This document shows, in pieces, positions 7,575-16,474 of a DNA stretch of 64,000 bases (positions within the stretch are counted from its first letter, which is position 1; every line of letters begins with the position of its first letter). The translations under genes and the position numbers were made by a program. Origin of the DNA: Planctomycetota bacterium (GTDB taxonomy: Bacteria; Planctomycetota; B15-G4); NCBI GenBank assembly GCA_965248575.1, contig CBDFJQ010000002.1, positions 1,312,001 through 1,376,000 on the forward strand, in the 5' to 3' direction. The notes beneath the pieces are model-generated. The model had not been told where the DNA came from and did no database searches. It worked only from the letters and a program-made list of their open reading frames with translations.

Positions 7575-9052
7575 GATCGATCCTCCTTTCCATCTGCGGG
7601 GGAAGGCGTGAAGGGCTCCGCAGCGAACAACTCCTGCAGCGCGCGGACCAGGCGCTGCTCATCCCCCACCACGAGCGCAGCCACATCCAAGCGTAGATGC
7701 CCTTGCCAGACCTTGGCAAACACCGGCGTGCTCAACATGCGCAAGCGTGTTGCCAGGCCCTCAGCATCGAGCGCAGGGTCCTGCATCTGGAGCTCCAGGG
7801 CGGACGACTTCAGCGGCTTCGCCGGCAGGGATCCAGAGCCCGCGAAGGCCTCGCTCTCGACCACCTTGATGGCCAGCGCTGGGAAGGCCTGGGTGAGCGC
7901 GGCCTTCAGCGTGCGTGCCCGCTCGAGACGTTGGGCAGGGGATGCCGACAAGGCAGCCAACACGGGCACGTCGCCGGGAGCCTCTCGATGCAGTCGCAAG
8001 GTCGCGCCCAAGGCCGCCAGCGCCAGGCGGTCTGGCCGCAAGGCCCGGAAGAGCGGATGACTGCGACAGCGTTCGATCAAGTCCTTGCGGCCGACGAGGA
8101 TGCCCGCCTGGGGGCCTCCCAAGAGCTTGTCGCCACTGAAGCACACCAGATCGACGCCCTTCGCCAAGGCGGTCTGGGCATCGGGTTCGCCTGCCAGCTC
8201 ACCCTCTGCAGGGCGTAGGAGGCCAGATCCGATGTCCTCCAGCACAGGAACAGCACACTCATGGGCCACGGACACCAGTTCGCCGATCTCAGGCTGATGG
8301 GCAAAGCCCACCACCCGGAAGTTGCTCGTGTGCATCACCAGCACGAGACCCGTCTCCCAGCGCAGCGCTTCCTTGTAGTCCCGGGTGTAGGTGCGGTTTG
8401 TCGTGCCCACCTCCACCAGCTTCGCGCCCGTCTGCTGGAGCAGGTCCGGAATGCGGAAGCCGCCACCGATCTCGATCAGCTGTCCGCGTGAGACGATCAC
8501 GTCCCGGTCCGTGGCGAGCGCCGACAAGGCCAAGACCATCGCGCCGGCGTTGTTGTTGACGACCGTGGCCGACTCTGCCCCCGTCAGAGCCGTCAGGTCC
8601 TCCAGCAAGCGGCTCTCACGGTCCTTGCGGTCCCCCGTAACCGGGTCGACCTCCAACAGGGAATAGCCGTCTGCGATGCCTTGCAGGGCCTCCACCGCCG
8701 GCTGCGCCAAGGGAGCCCGCCCCAGACCCGTGTGCAGCACGACCCCCGTCGCATTCACCACGCGCGGGTAGGTCTCACAGGCCCATTGGGAAAGTCTCTG
8801 TGACGCGAGTGATGCCACCCCCGCGGCATCGGGCAGCTGGGTTGCATCCTCGATCTCGCCGGCCTGGACCGCGCGACGCAACTCATCCAGGCTGGCCCGC
8901 ACAGCGGCCGCCCCCCCGGGTCTGGCTTTCAAGAGCGACAGCACGGCATCCACGGAGGGCAGCGCTCGGAGCAGACCTGATGAGTCCGTGAGGGCGGCAG
9001 GGGCATCAGGGGCCGGCGGTGTGGGAGAGCCGTCTTTGCTGGAACGAGTCAT
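7571..9052 (-). CDS. selA: L-seryl-tRNA(Sec) selenium transferase
   Basis: Motifs VVNATGVVLHTGLGRAPL, VVNNNAGA, SRGQLIEIGGGFRIPD, EVGTTNRT, HTSNF and PLP-lysine motif FSGDKLLGGPQAG. Confidence 0.97.
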   Translation of the reverse strand: MTRSSKDGSPTPPAPDAPAALTDSSGLLRALPSVDAVLSLLKARPGGAAAVRASLDELRRAVQAGEIEDATQLPDAAGVASLASQRLSQWACETYPRVVNATGVVLHTGLGRAPLAQPAVEALQGIADGYSLLEVDPVTGDRKDRESRLLEDLTALTGAESATVVNNNAGAMVLALSALATDRDVIVSRGQLIEIGGGFRIPDLLQQTGAKLVEVGTTNRTYTRDYKEALRWETGLVLVMHTSNFRVVGFAHQPEIGELVSVAHECAVPVLEDIGSGLLRPAEGELAGEPDAQTALAKGVDLVCFSGDKLLGGPQAGILVGRKDLIERCRSHPLFRALRPDRLALAALGATLRLHREAPGDVPVLAALSASPAQRLERARTLKAALTQAFPALAIKVVESEAFAGSGSLPAKPLKSSALELQMQDPALDAEGLATRLRMLSTPVFAKVWQGHLRLDVAALVVGDEQRLVRALQELFAAEPFTPSPADGKEDRS

Positions 9053-9075
9053 CGCGACATTCTACCCGTTAGGAT
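9053..9075. promoter_or_regulatory. Closely spaced divergent -10 elements for selA (TAGAAT, minus) and recJ (TAGGAT, plus)
   Basis: Minus-strand TAGAAT at 9059-9064 lies 6 nt before the selA ATG; plus-strand TAGGAT at 9070-9075. Confidence 0.5.
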
Positions 9076-9115
9076 GCTGGGCATTCGTCCCCGAGCCACA
9101 GATCGAGAATCCTTC

Positions 9116-10861
9116 GTGACCAGCAGCTCCTCCGAAGCCACCCGCAGCTGGCAGCCCCATGACACGGACCCCGGAGCCGTGCGCCGCCTGGCCAGCGAGA
9201 TGGGGATCGAACCCTTGCTGGCCACGATCCTCGTAAATCGCGACCTGACAACACCTGCAGAGGCTGCGGCCTTCCTACAGCCCTCCGTAGACGATCTGAT
9301 CGACCCCTTCCTGCTCGCTGACATGGATCGGGCCGCCGAACGGGTGGCCAAGGCCATCACCGATCATGAGCGGATCCTCGTCTATGGCGACGCGGATGTT
9401 GACGGCCTGACGTCCACGGGCCTGTTGGTGCAGTACCTGCGCATGCTCTCCATCGAACCTCTGGTCTACGTCCCCAACCGGGCTTATGAGGGCTACTCCT
9501 TCACACCGGCCGGCGTGGAGCATGTCCTGCAATCGGGGGCCCAACTCGTCGTGTCCGTGGACAACGGCACCTCGAGCGTCGAGGCCGTGGGTCGGATTCA
9601 GTCTGCCGGCATCGACGTCATCATCACCGACCACCACATGCCTGCCGAGACCCTGCCACCCGCCTACGCCTTGGTGAACCCCAAGCGCGCGGACTGTCGC
9701 TACCCCTTCAAGGGGCTGGCAGGGGTCGGCGTGGCCTTCAAGCTGGCGTGCGCCGTGTCGAGCAAGCTGCACCGGCGGATCCAATTGTCGGAGTCCATGA
9801 GCCGCTTTCTGGGCGAGTCCCTGGCGTGGGTGTGCATGGGCACCGTGTCCGACATGATGCCCTTGCGCGGCGAGAACAGGGTGCTCGTCTCTCGCGGGCT
9901 GCGGGCCTTGCCGCGTAGCAGCAGCCCGGGGCTCACCGCCCTATGCCGCGTGGCCGGCTTGGGCGTGGGCGCCGACTGCCGCGCCGAAGACATCGCCTTC
10001 AAGCTCGCACCACGCCTGAACGCCGCCACCCGCATGGGGCGCAGCGATCTTTCGGTATCCCTGGTCACCGCGTCCGACAACCAGGACGCCAAGCGGCTCG
10101 CCGACCTGCTCGACGAAGCCAACCGCAACCGGCAGGCCGCCGAGCGGGAACTCATGGAAGAGCTTCTGCCACTTGTTGACCAATCCCCGGCAGGCGAGCC
10201 CGTCGTGCTCTTCAACGAGGGTTGGAATGTGGGCTTGATGGGTCTCGTGGCTGGGCGCGTGGCGCGCGAGAAAGGTGTGCCCGCCGTGCTCATCTCCTCG
10301 GCCAAGGGCGACCCTGCCAAGGGAAGCTGCCGCTCCCTCCCGGGCTTCAATGCCCACGCTGCCTTGGAGGCCTGCCAGCAGTACCTGGTGACCTTCGGCG
10401 GCCACCCTGGCGCAGCCGGCTTCTCGATCGAGACGAGCCAGGTGGACGATTTCCGTAGCGCCTTTCTCGAGCAATGGCAGCTCCAGAACAGCGCCGGTAG
10501 CGAACCCATCTGCCACCGCTTCGAAGGAGAAATCCCGCTGGCGGGGCTGACGCACAAACTTGTCTCGGCCTTCGATGACCTCGAGCCCTTCGGCAAGGAG
10601 AACGAGCGCCCTGTCCTGGCCACAGGTGGCGTCACTGTCCGGGAAACCCGCCGCATGGGAGGCGATGGCCAGCACCTCGCACTGACCGTCGGCCAGGGCG
10701 ACATCGTGATGCGTGCAGTGGCGTTCAGCCGTGGACATTGGGCCGATCGCTTGCCGGTGGGGCTCCCCGTCGACCTCCTGCACAGCCCCAAGTTCAATCA
10801 CTTCCGCGGTCGCACCACCGTCGAGCTGGAACTCATCGACGTGCGCCCCGCCCAGGCCTAG
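9116..10861 (+). CDS. recJ: Single-stranded-DNA-specific exonuclease RecJ
   Basis: Motifs YGDADVDG, VSVDNG, ITDHH, LAGVGVAFKL, APRLNAATR, GGHPGAAG and LEPFGKEN. Start uncertain (ATG 9074 or GTG 9116). Confidence 0.96.
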   Translation: MTSSSSEATRSWQPHDTDPGAVRRLASEMGIEPLLATILVNRDLTTPAEAAAFLQPSVDDLIDPFLLADMDRAAERVAKAITDHERILVYGDADVDGLTSTGLLVQYLRMLSIEPLVYVPNRAYEGYSFTPAGVEHVLQSGAQLVVSVDNGTSSVEAVGRIQSAGIDVIITDHHMPAETLPPAYALVNPKRADCRYPFKGLAGVGVAFKLACAVSSKLHRRIQLSESMSRFLGESLAWVCMGTVSDMMPLRGENRVLVSRGLRALPRSSSPGLTALCRVAGLGVGADCRAEDIAFKLAPRLNAATRMGRSDLSVSLVTASDNQDAKRLADLLDEANRNRQAAERELMEELLPLVDQSPAGEPVVLFNEGWNVGLMGLVAGRVAREKGVPAVLISSAKGDPAKGSCRSLPGFNAHAALEACQQYLVTFGGHPGAAGFSIETSQVDDFRSAFLEQWQLQNSAGSEPICHRFEGEIPLAGLTHKLVSAFDDLEPFGKENERPVLATGGVTVRETRRMGGDGQHLALTVGQGDIVMRAVAFSRGHWADRLPVGLPVDLLHSPKFNHFRGRTTVELELIDVRPAQA

Positions 10862-10868
10862 CGCGCCC

Positions 10869-11756
10869 TTGCAAGACCCTGAACAGCTGCCCTTGCTCAA
10901 GGCCCGGCGAAGAGCCGAGCTGGAAGAGGCCGCCCTGGTCCTGCGGGCTGTGGGTATCCCCCACAGCTTCGCCACGCTGGATGGCTCCGCAGCTCTCATA
11001 GTCAGCGCTCCGGACGCACCAGCCGCACGCCATGAACTGGAGCGCTACGCCCTCGAGAACCCCATCAGCCCGAACCCCAAGCCGGGGGAACCAGCGCGAA
11101 CGCTGCAAGCCGCATGGCCTGGCATGCTCAGCTACGCCGTCGTGCTGATCGGGGTGTTCGTCGCTCAGCACGGCAGTCTCACCAGCACCGTCGGCGAGCA
11201 AGGTCGCATGGATGCCGACCGCTTCCTGGCCGGGCAATGGTGGCGCAGCCTGACCGCCTTGTGCCTGCACATCGATGTGCCCCATCTCGCTGGGAACCTC
11301 GTCTTTGGTGCCGCCTTCGGGGCGCTGCTGAGCCAGCTGCTGGGCAACGGCCTGGCCTGGGGCGCCATCCTCCTGGCAGGCGCACTCGGCAACACGCTGG
11401 ACGCCTGGATCCAGCCCACCGGGCACTTGTCCTTGGGCGCCTCGACGGCCGTCTTCTCAGCGCTCGGCCTGCTGACGTCCGTCTCGTTGCGACTGCGCGC
11501 CTTGCTGCGGGACGGTCCGTTGCGCCGCTGGGCACCCTTGGTGATGGGCATCGCGCTGCTGGGCTTCCTCGGCACAGGCGGCACACGCACCAATGTCCTG
11601 GCACATGCCTTGGGCTTCGGCGCGGGCCTGGCGCTGGGTGCGCTGCTGGCACCCACGGTGAAGGAGCGCGCCCCGGGGTCGCGTGTCCAATGGCTTGCCG
11701 CCCTGGGGAGCGCCGCTCTCCTGGCCTGGGCTTGGACCCTCGCCATTAGCACCTGA
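10869..11756 (+). CDS. Rhomboid-family intramembrane serine protease with a small soluble N-terminal domain
   Basis: WWR motif, HIDVPHLAGN, catalytic GAST and AHALG, multiple TM helices. Likely TTG start just after the recJ stop. Confidence 0.88.
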   Translation: MQDPEQLPLLKARRRAELEEAALVLRAVGIPHSFATLDGSAALIVSAPDAPAARHELERYALENPISPNPKPGEPARTLQAAWPGMLSYAVVLIGVFVAQHGSLTSTVGEQGRMDADRFLAGQWWRSLTALCLHIDVPHLAGNLVFGAAFGALLSQLLGNGLAWGAILLAGALGNTLDAWIQPTGHLSLGASTAVFSALGLLTSVSLRLRALLRDGPLRRWAPLVMGIALLGFLGTGGTRTNVLAHALGFGAGLALGALLAPTVKERAPGSRVQWLAALGSAALLAWAWTLAIST

Positions 11757-11773
11757 GCCCAAAGGTCACCGCT

Positions 11774-11803
11774 CCCTGACCGGCCCTGACCGGCGCTGAC
11801 CAG
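11774..11803. repeat. Short imperfect 10-bp tandem repeat (ccctgaccgg, ~3 copies)
   Basis: ccctgaccgg ccctgaccgg cgctgaccag. Confidence 0.6.
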
Positions 11804-11822
11804 CCCCCCCACGCAGCCACGC

Positions 11823-11859
11823 AAAGAGCCCGGCCGAATCTCATCCGGCCGGGCTCTTT
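11823..11859. terminator. Bidirectional Rho-independent terminator between the rhomboid gene and nrdJb
   Basis: aaagagcccggccg-aatctcatc-cggccgggctcttt between convergent genes. Confidence 0.85.
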
Positions 11860-11916
11860 GATTTGGATCTGAACGCCGCCGCTGCTCGTTTCAGGAAACG
11901 GCACCGACGAGAAGCA

Positions 11917-13086
11917 TCAGCCGCATTCCGTGAAGCCGCAGGAGTGGCACTTCACGCAACCCTCTTCGAAGGAGAGCTGGCTGCCACAGTCGACGCACGC
12001 ACCCTGCACGCGGTGGATTTCCTGGCTGCCCTTGTTGCCGTGTCCGCCTTTGGACTCCACGGCCGCACTGCGCAACTCGGCACCGGGTTCCACCCAGCGC
12101 TCAGCGACCACATCGCTGGCACCTGTCAGGGCAGCGTCGAAAGACACATCACCGGCGAGATCCGCGCTCAGGCTTTCGCGGACGACGGACGGAGAGTCCA
12201 AGCCTGCAACACTGCCTTGGACATTTCCGGGGCCGTTGCCAGCAGCGCTCAACTGGCGGCTTTCTTCGCGCAACTCACGCGTGTGGTGATAGGTCTCGAG
12301 GGCCTTGCCGATGGCGTCCGAGCAGGAGCTGATCTTGCCCCCCTCGCCCCACGCGGGCCGGTGGCAGCTGATGCCCTTGAGCTGCTTGATCAAGGGGTCC
12401 AACTTGGCACCGCAACGCAACGCGTAGCTGATCAAACGGCCAATGGCTTCATTCTGGGAGGCCGCGCAGCCGCCCGCCTTGCCCATGTGATTGAACAGCT
12501 CGAACGGCTTGCCGTCCTCGGACTCGTTGACCGTGACATAGAGATGGCCACAACCCGTGTTCATGCGGACCGTGTTGCCAACCGTCACCTGAGGGCGCGA
12601 GCGAGGCGCCAGCCCTTCCCCCTCGGACATGATGCCGCCCGCCGGAACGACCGACATCTCCTCGGTCGTCGCGGTGGCTGGCAACTTCGTCAGCTGCAAG
12701 ATCACCTGCGGATCACCGAGCTTCGGAGCCACGGTGGCAGCGTAGAAGCGGTCGAGCCCGCCGTCGAGCTTGGCGCCGACCTCGCCGCAGTCTTCCTCCT
12801 GCAGGAAGCGGCGGGTCGCATCATGGCGTTCGCAGGCCGCGACCAGCGCGCGCACTGCCGCCTCTTCGCCTGCCTTGACCGCATCCCAGTCGATGCCGCG
12901 GTATCCCAAGACCACGGAAGTGGCTCGCTCTTGGGCCTCCGCCACGATCGAAGCCGCCACTGTTGCAGCTTCCGCCACCTCAACCTCCTGGCCGGATCCC
13001 TGCTCCTCCGTCGGCGCCGCGGCACCGTTCGGCTTGGCCGCCTTGTCCGCCCCCTGCTTCGCATGCGTCTTCTGTTGCTTCACCAT
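11917..13086 (-). CDS. nrdJb: Class II ribonucleotide reductase C-terminal subunit (TSCPD domain + Cys-rich tail) with an extra N-terminal region
   Basis: PRSRPQVTVGNTVRMNTGCGHLYVTVN, GKAGGC, AIGRLISYALR, QLKGISC, ISSCSDAIGKAL; C-terminal CVDCG..EEGCVKCHSCGFTECG. RBS GAGGGA before ATG 13086. Confidence 0.85.
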   Translation of the reverse strand: MVKQQKTHAKQGADKAAKPNGAAAPTEEQGSGQEVEVAEAATVAASIVAEAQERATSVVLGYRGIDWDAVKAGEEAAVRALVAACERHDATRRFLQEEDCGEVGAKLDGGLDRFYAATVAPKLGDPQVILQLTKLPATATTEEMSVVPAGGIMSEGEGLAPRSRPQVTVGNTVRMNTGCGHLYVTVNESEDGKPFELFNHMGKAGGCAASQNEAIGRLISYALRCGAKLDPLIKQLKGISCHRPAWGEGGKISSCSDAIGKALETYHHTRELREESRQLSAAGNGPGNVQGSVAGLDSPSVVRESLSADLAGDVSFDAALTGASDVVAERWVEPGAELRSAAVESKGGHGNKGSQEIHRVQGACVDCGSQLSFEEGCVKCHSCGFTECG

Positions 13087-13201
13087 GTGTCGCTTTCCCT
13101 CTCGCTCGTGATCCCTGTCGTCTCGTGCCCAGCCGGCGTGCCGTTCCGGTCCAATGTCCTGCACCTCTGTCCTGCACCTCCCACCTCCGGCCCCTCGGAC
13201 A

Positions 13202-13244
13202 CCGAACCCGGCCCCACTTGATCTTTGGTGGGAGCCGGGTTCGG
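13202..13244. other. Strong stem-loop in the nrdJa-nrdJb spacer
   Basis: ccgaacccggc-cccac / gtggg-a-gccgggttcgg: 16 bp with one bulge. Confidence 0.7.
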
Positions 13245-13311
13245 CCTCGGTCCTGCTGAGCTGACCGTGTCAACGCCCAAGCCCACTCACATGTGGCCTC
13301 AGATCGGCCGA

Positions 13312-15279
13312 TCAGCCGTCCATGAGCATGTCGAGGATTTCCTCCTGCTCGCGCGCCTCATCCGTCTCGGCGCTCGCGGAAGGCGCAGCATCCTGCGACT
13401 TGGACGACTTGCTGTCCAGAGCCATGGGCTGGTTCTGGCGACTTCCGTCACGGTACACGGTGATGCCCTTGCAGCCCGTGTCGAAGGCCAGCAAGTAGGC
13501 CGTTTCGACGTCCTTCTTCGTGGCTTCTGGCGGGAAGTTGATGGTCTTGCTCACGGCCGCGTCCGTGAATTCCTGCCAAGCAGCCTGCATCTTCACGTGC
13601 CATTCCGGCCCCACGTCACGCGCGGAGCGGAAAACGCGACGGATTTCCGACGAGAGCTCCACCGGGCAGCCCTCGATGGTGCCGCGCTCGCATGCATATT
13701 CGGACACCGTTTCGACCTGCTCCTCCGTCAACCCCTCGGCCTTGAGTGCCTCCAAGAAGATGGGGTTGGCTTCGAACATGATCTGGGCAACGCCCTCGGA
13801 GTCGCGCATCACCTGCCGCTTGAACACCAAGCTGAAGATGGGCTCGATGCCGCCGGAGCAGCCCGCGATGATGGAGATGGTTCCCGTCGGAGCGATGGTC
13901 ACGCAGTGAGCGTTGCGCATCTTGCGGCCGAGCACCTTGTCCCAGCGGGAGCCCTTCCAGTGCGTGAAGACACCCTTCTCTTCGGCGAGTCGCGTGTCTT
14001 CGTCCCAGGCCTCTTCGCGGATGAAGCTGCCCACCCTGCGGGCAAGCGCCAGTGCGTCCTCACCGTCGTAGCGGACACCCAGCATGAACAGTAGATCCGC
14101 CCAACCCATGACGCCCAGGCCGATCTTGCGATTGGCCCGGCACATCTCATCGATCTCGGGAGTGGGGTAGTTGTTCGCCTCCACCACGTCGTCGAGGAAG
14201 CGCACAGCCGTGCGCACGGTGCTGCCCATGTCGTCCCAGTCGATCCGGTCCTCCAGGGGCGCCGTGTCCGCCACGTCGGCCTTGAAGAAGCCAGCGAGGT
14301 TGAGGCTGCCCAGGTTGCAGGCCTCGTAGGGCAACAGCGGCTGCTCGCCACAGGGGTTGGTGGACGTCATGGGGCCGACGTTGGGCGTCGGGTTCACCTC
14401 GTTGATCCGATCCAGGAAGATCAGACCCGGCTCACCGCTGGCCCATGCCTTGCCCACGATCAGCTCGAAGACGTCGCCGGCCGTCCAGTAGTCCGCGGCT
14501 TCGACCGCTGCCTCACCCGAATCGAAGGCTTCGTAGTCCACCATGTCGTCCTCACGGCACACGAAACCACGGCGGCCGTCGTGCGGGTTGACCACCACAT
14601 GCAGAGCACCCCGATCGCTCTTGATCTGCTCCATGAAGCTGTCGGGAACGGTGCAGGACAGGTTGTAGTTCGTGACCTGGGTGAGGTCTTCCTTCAAGCG
14701 GATGAAGGAGAGGATGTCCGGATGGTCGAGCCGCATGGTGCCCATGTTGGCGCCGCGACGGAACGCGCCCTGCTGGATGGCATCCGTCACCGAGGAGAGC
14801 ATGCGCAGGAACGAGAGCGGGCCATCGGTGGTCCCACCCGAACTCTGCACGATGGATCCACGGGGGCGTAGCTTGCTCAGATCGATGCCCGTACCGCCGC
14901 CGGCGCGTTGCACCAGCGCGATCTGGCGTGCGGTCTCCATGATGTCGGCGATGGAGTCCTCCAGGGGCAGCACGAAACAGGCGCTGAGCATGCCGAGCGG
15001 CCGTCCGGCGTTCATCAGGGTGGGCGAGTTCGGAATGAACTTCCGCGACCACATCATGTCGAAGAAGGAACTCTTCCAGGCGGCCGGGTCCTTCTCGGCC
15101 TTGGCGACCGCGGTGGCCACCCGCTCAAAGAGCTGCACGGGGGTTTCATCGATGACACCCGTGGCGTCCTTCTTCAGATACCGGTTCTCGAGCACCCGGA
15201 GAGCATTCTCCGTGAAAGCGCCGGTGGCGCCGCCGTCCTTTGAACTGCCCGAATCACCTTCCAAACCTTTGCTCACCAA
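13312..15279 (-). CDS. nrdJa: Adenosylcobalamin-dependent (class II) ribonucleotide reductase catalytic subunit, no ATP cone
   Basis: NALRVLENRYL, FIPNSPTLMNAG, LSACFV, GGGTG, RRGANM, TNPCGEQPL, ACNLGSLNL, IAPTGTIS, SKTINFP and KGITVYRDGSR. Start TTG 15279 or GTG 15276 after GGAGG. Confidence 0.95.
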   Translation of the reverse strand: MVSKGLEGDSGSSKDGGATGAFTENALRVLENRYLKKDATGVIDETPVQLFERVATAVAKAEKDPAAWKSSFFDMMWSRKFIPNSPTLMNAGRPLGMLSACFVLPLEDSIADIMETARQIALVQRAGGGTGIDLSKLRPRGSIVQSSGGTTDGPLSFLRMLSSVTDAIQQGAFRRGANMGTMRLDHPDILSFIRLKEDLTQVTNYNLSCTVPDSFMEQIKSDRGALHVVVNPHDGRRGFVCREDDMVDYEAFDSGEAAVEAADYWTAGDVFELIVGKAWASGEPGLIFLDRINEVNPTPNVGPMTSTNPCGEQPLLPYEACNLGSLNLAGFFKADVADTAPLEDRIDWDDMGSTVRTAVRFLDDVVEANNYPTPEIDEMCRANRKIGLGVMGWADLLFMLGVRYDGEDALALARRVGSFIREEAWDEDTRLAEEKGVFTHWKGSRWDKVLGRKMRNAHCVTIAPTGTISIIAGCSGGIEPIFSLVFKRQVMRDSEGVAQIMFEANPIFLEALKAEGLTEEQVETVSEYACERGTIEGCPVELSSEIRRVFRSARDVGPEWHVKMQAAWQEFTDAAVSKTINFPPEATKKDVETAYLLAFDTGCKGITVYRDGSRQNQPMALDSKSSKSQDAAPSASAETDEAREQEEILDMLMDG

Positions 15280-15386
15280 GACACACCCTCCCCTGCGAGA
15301 GACTACAATTTGCGTAGAAGACCAACCGCCAATATGTACTGAAAGCAGCCCCGAAGCCCCGTCTATGGGGCTACGCGGCCGAAGAG

Positions 15387-15402
15387 ACCCAACATATAGT
15401 GG
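15387..15402. promoter_or_regulatory. NrdR box upstream of nrdJa
   Basis: acccaacatatagtgg closely matches the NrdR consensus acaCwAtATaTwGtgt. Weaker boxes near 15300, 15327 and 15356 (the last is 31 bp away). Confidence 0.75.
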
Positions 15403-15547
15403 GTGCGTCTCAGCTCCAAGAGGCTTCCCCAGATTCTTCACCGGGGCGTCACAGCCCCTGTAAATTCCCTGTCAAGCGCTTCCCGGAGCCTCCCTTCGGC
15501 CCCCCTCGACGGCTCATGTCGCGACGTCTGGAAGGCCCTCGCTGAGC

Positions 15548-16474
15548 TCAGTCAGCCCCAGGCAAACCACCATCGAATGGGCCCCACCACTCCACTTCCA
15601 GGGGCAGCTCCACGCCGCTCTGCTCTCGGACTGCAGCCTGCACCCGCAGGACCAGCTGGCGCACGTCTTCCGCCGAAGCCCCGCCCGTGTTCACGATGAA
15701 ATTTGCGTGATCCAGCGAAACCTGCGCCGCACCGACCCGCTCTCCCTTGCAGCCCGCACCGTCGATGAGCTGCCCGCTGGAGGTTCCCGCAGGGTTCTGG
15801 AACATGCAGCCCGCGGTCGGCGAGCTCAGGGGTTGCGACTCGGCCTTGGCACGCAAGATGGTTCGCATGCGCTCGAAGATCGACAGCTTGTCGTCCGGGC
15901 AGAGCTGAAGCACGGCATCGAGAATGACGCTGCCCTTGAAGCGTGAGCTCCGGTAGCTGAAGTCCTCCGCCGTACAGGCCACCACCCGCACCTCACCGTC
16001 TGCATCGACCAGCGTGACCTCGCTCAGCAGGTCGCCCACGGCAATCTGGTGTCCACCAGCGTTGCCGGCTACCGCACCACCGACGGTGCCTGGAATGCCG
16101 ATCAGTCCTTCAGCACCGGCCAGGCCCATGTCGTGTGCCACGCTCACCAGTCGCGCCAACGTCGCTCCCGCCTCGCAACGCAAGGCGTGCTCCTGGGTGC
16201 CGTGGTGGTAGATGTTCTTCATCTGGCGGGTGTGAATCACCACCTCATCCAAGCCCGCATCGCTCACCACGAGGTTGCTGCCGTGGCCGAGCATTCGGAA
16301 CGGGAGACCCGCCGCCGACAGTTCCTTCACCGCAAGGATCAGCTCCTCCCGGCGCCGAGGTTCGATCACCCAGGCTGCAGGGCCGCCCACACCCAACGTG
16401 GTGCGGGGACCCAGGGCTTCGTGTCTATGAACGAGCAGCTCGTCCAGCAAGACGTCGGGCAAGTCCATCGACAT
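15548..16474 (-). CDS. murB: UDP-N-acetylenolpyruvoylglucosamine reductase
   Basis: TTLGVGGPA, LGHGSNLVVSD, GIPGTVGGAVAGNAG, FSYRSS, QP..PTAGCMFQNP, HANFIVN and LPLEV. Confidence 0.95.
   Translation of the reverse strand: MSMDLPDVLLDELLVHRHEALGPRTTLGVGGPAAWVIEPRRREELILAVKELSAAGLPFRMLGHGSNLVVSDAGLDEVVIHTRQMKNIYHHGTQEHALRCEAGATLARLVSVAHDMGLAGAEGLIGIPGTVGGAVAGNAGGHQIAVGDLLSEVTLVDADGEVRVVACTAEDFSYRSSRFKGSVILDAVLQLCPDDKLSIFERMRTILRAKAESQPLSSPTAGCMFQNPAGTSSGQLIDGAGCKGERVGAAQVSLDHANFIVNTGGASAEDVRQLVLRVQAAVREQSGVELPLEVEWWGPFDGGLPGAD

Noticed and set aside
13087..13314. Sec or stop-codon readthrough joining nrdJa and nrdJb (same frame, nrdJa ends in TGA, organism has tRNA-Sec)
   Set aside because: A second in-frame TGA follows 14 codons later, the spacer translation is not RNR-like, neither TGA is at a Cys-equivalent site, and nrdJb has its own SD and ATG.
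15280..15547. Cobalamin riboswitch upstream of the B12-dependent nrdJa
   Set aside because: No B12-box or other conserved core motifs recognised; NrdR-like boxes explain the region.
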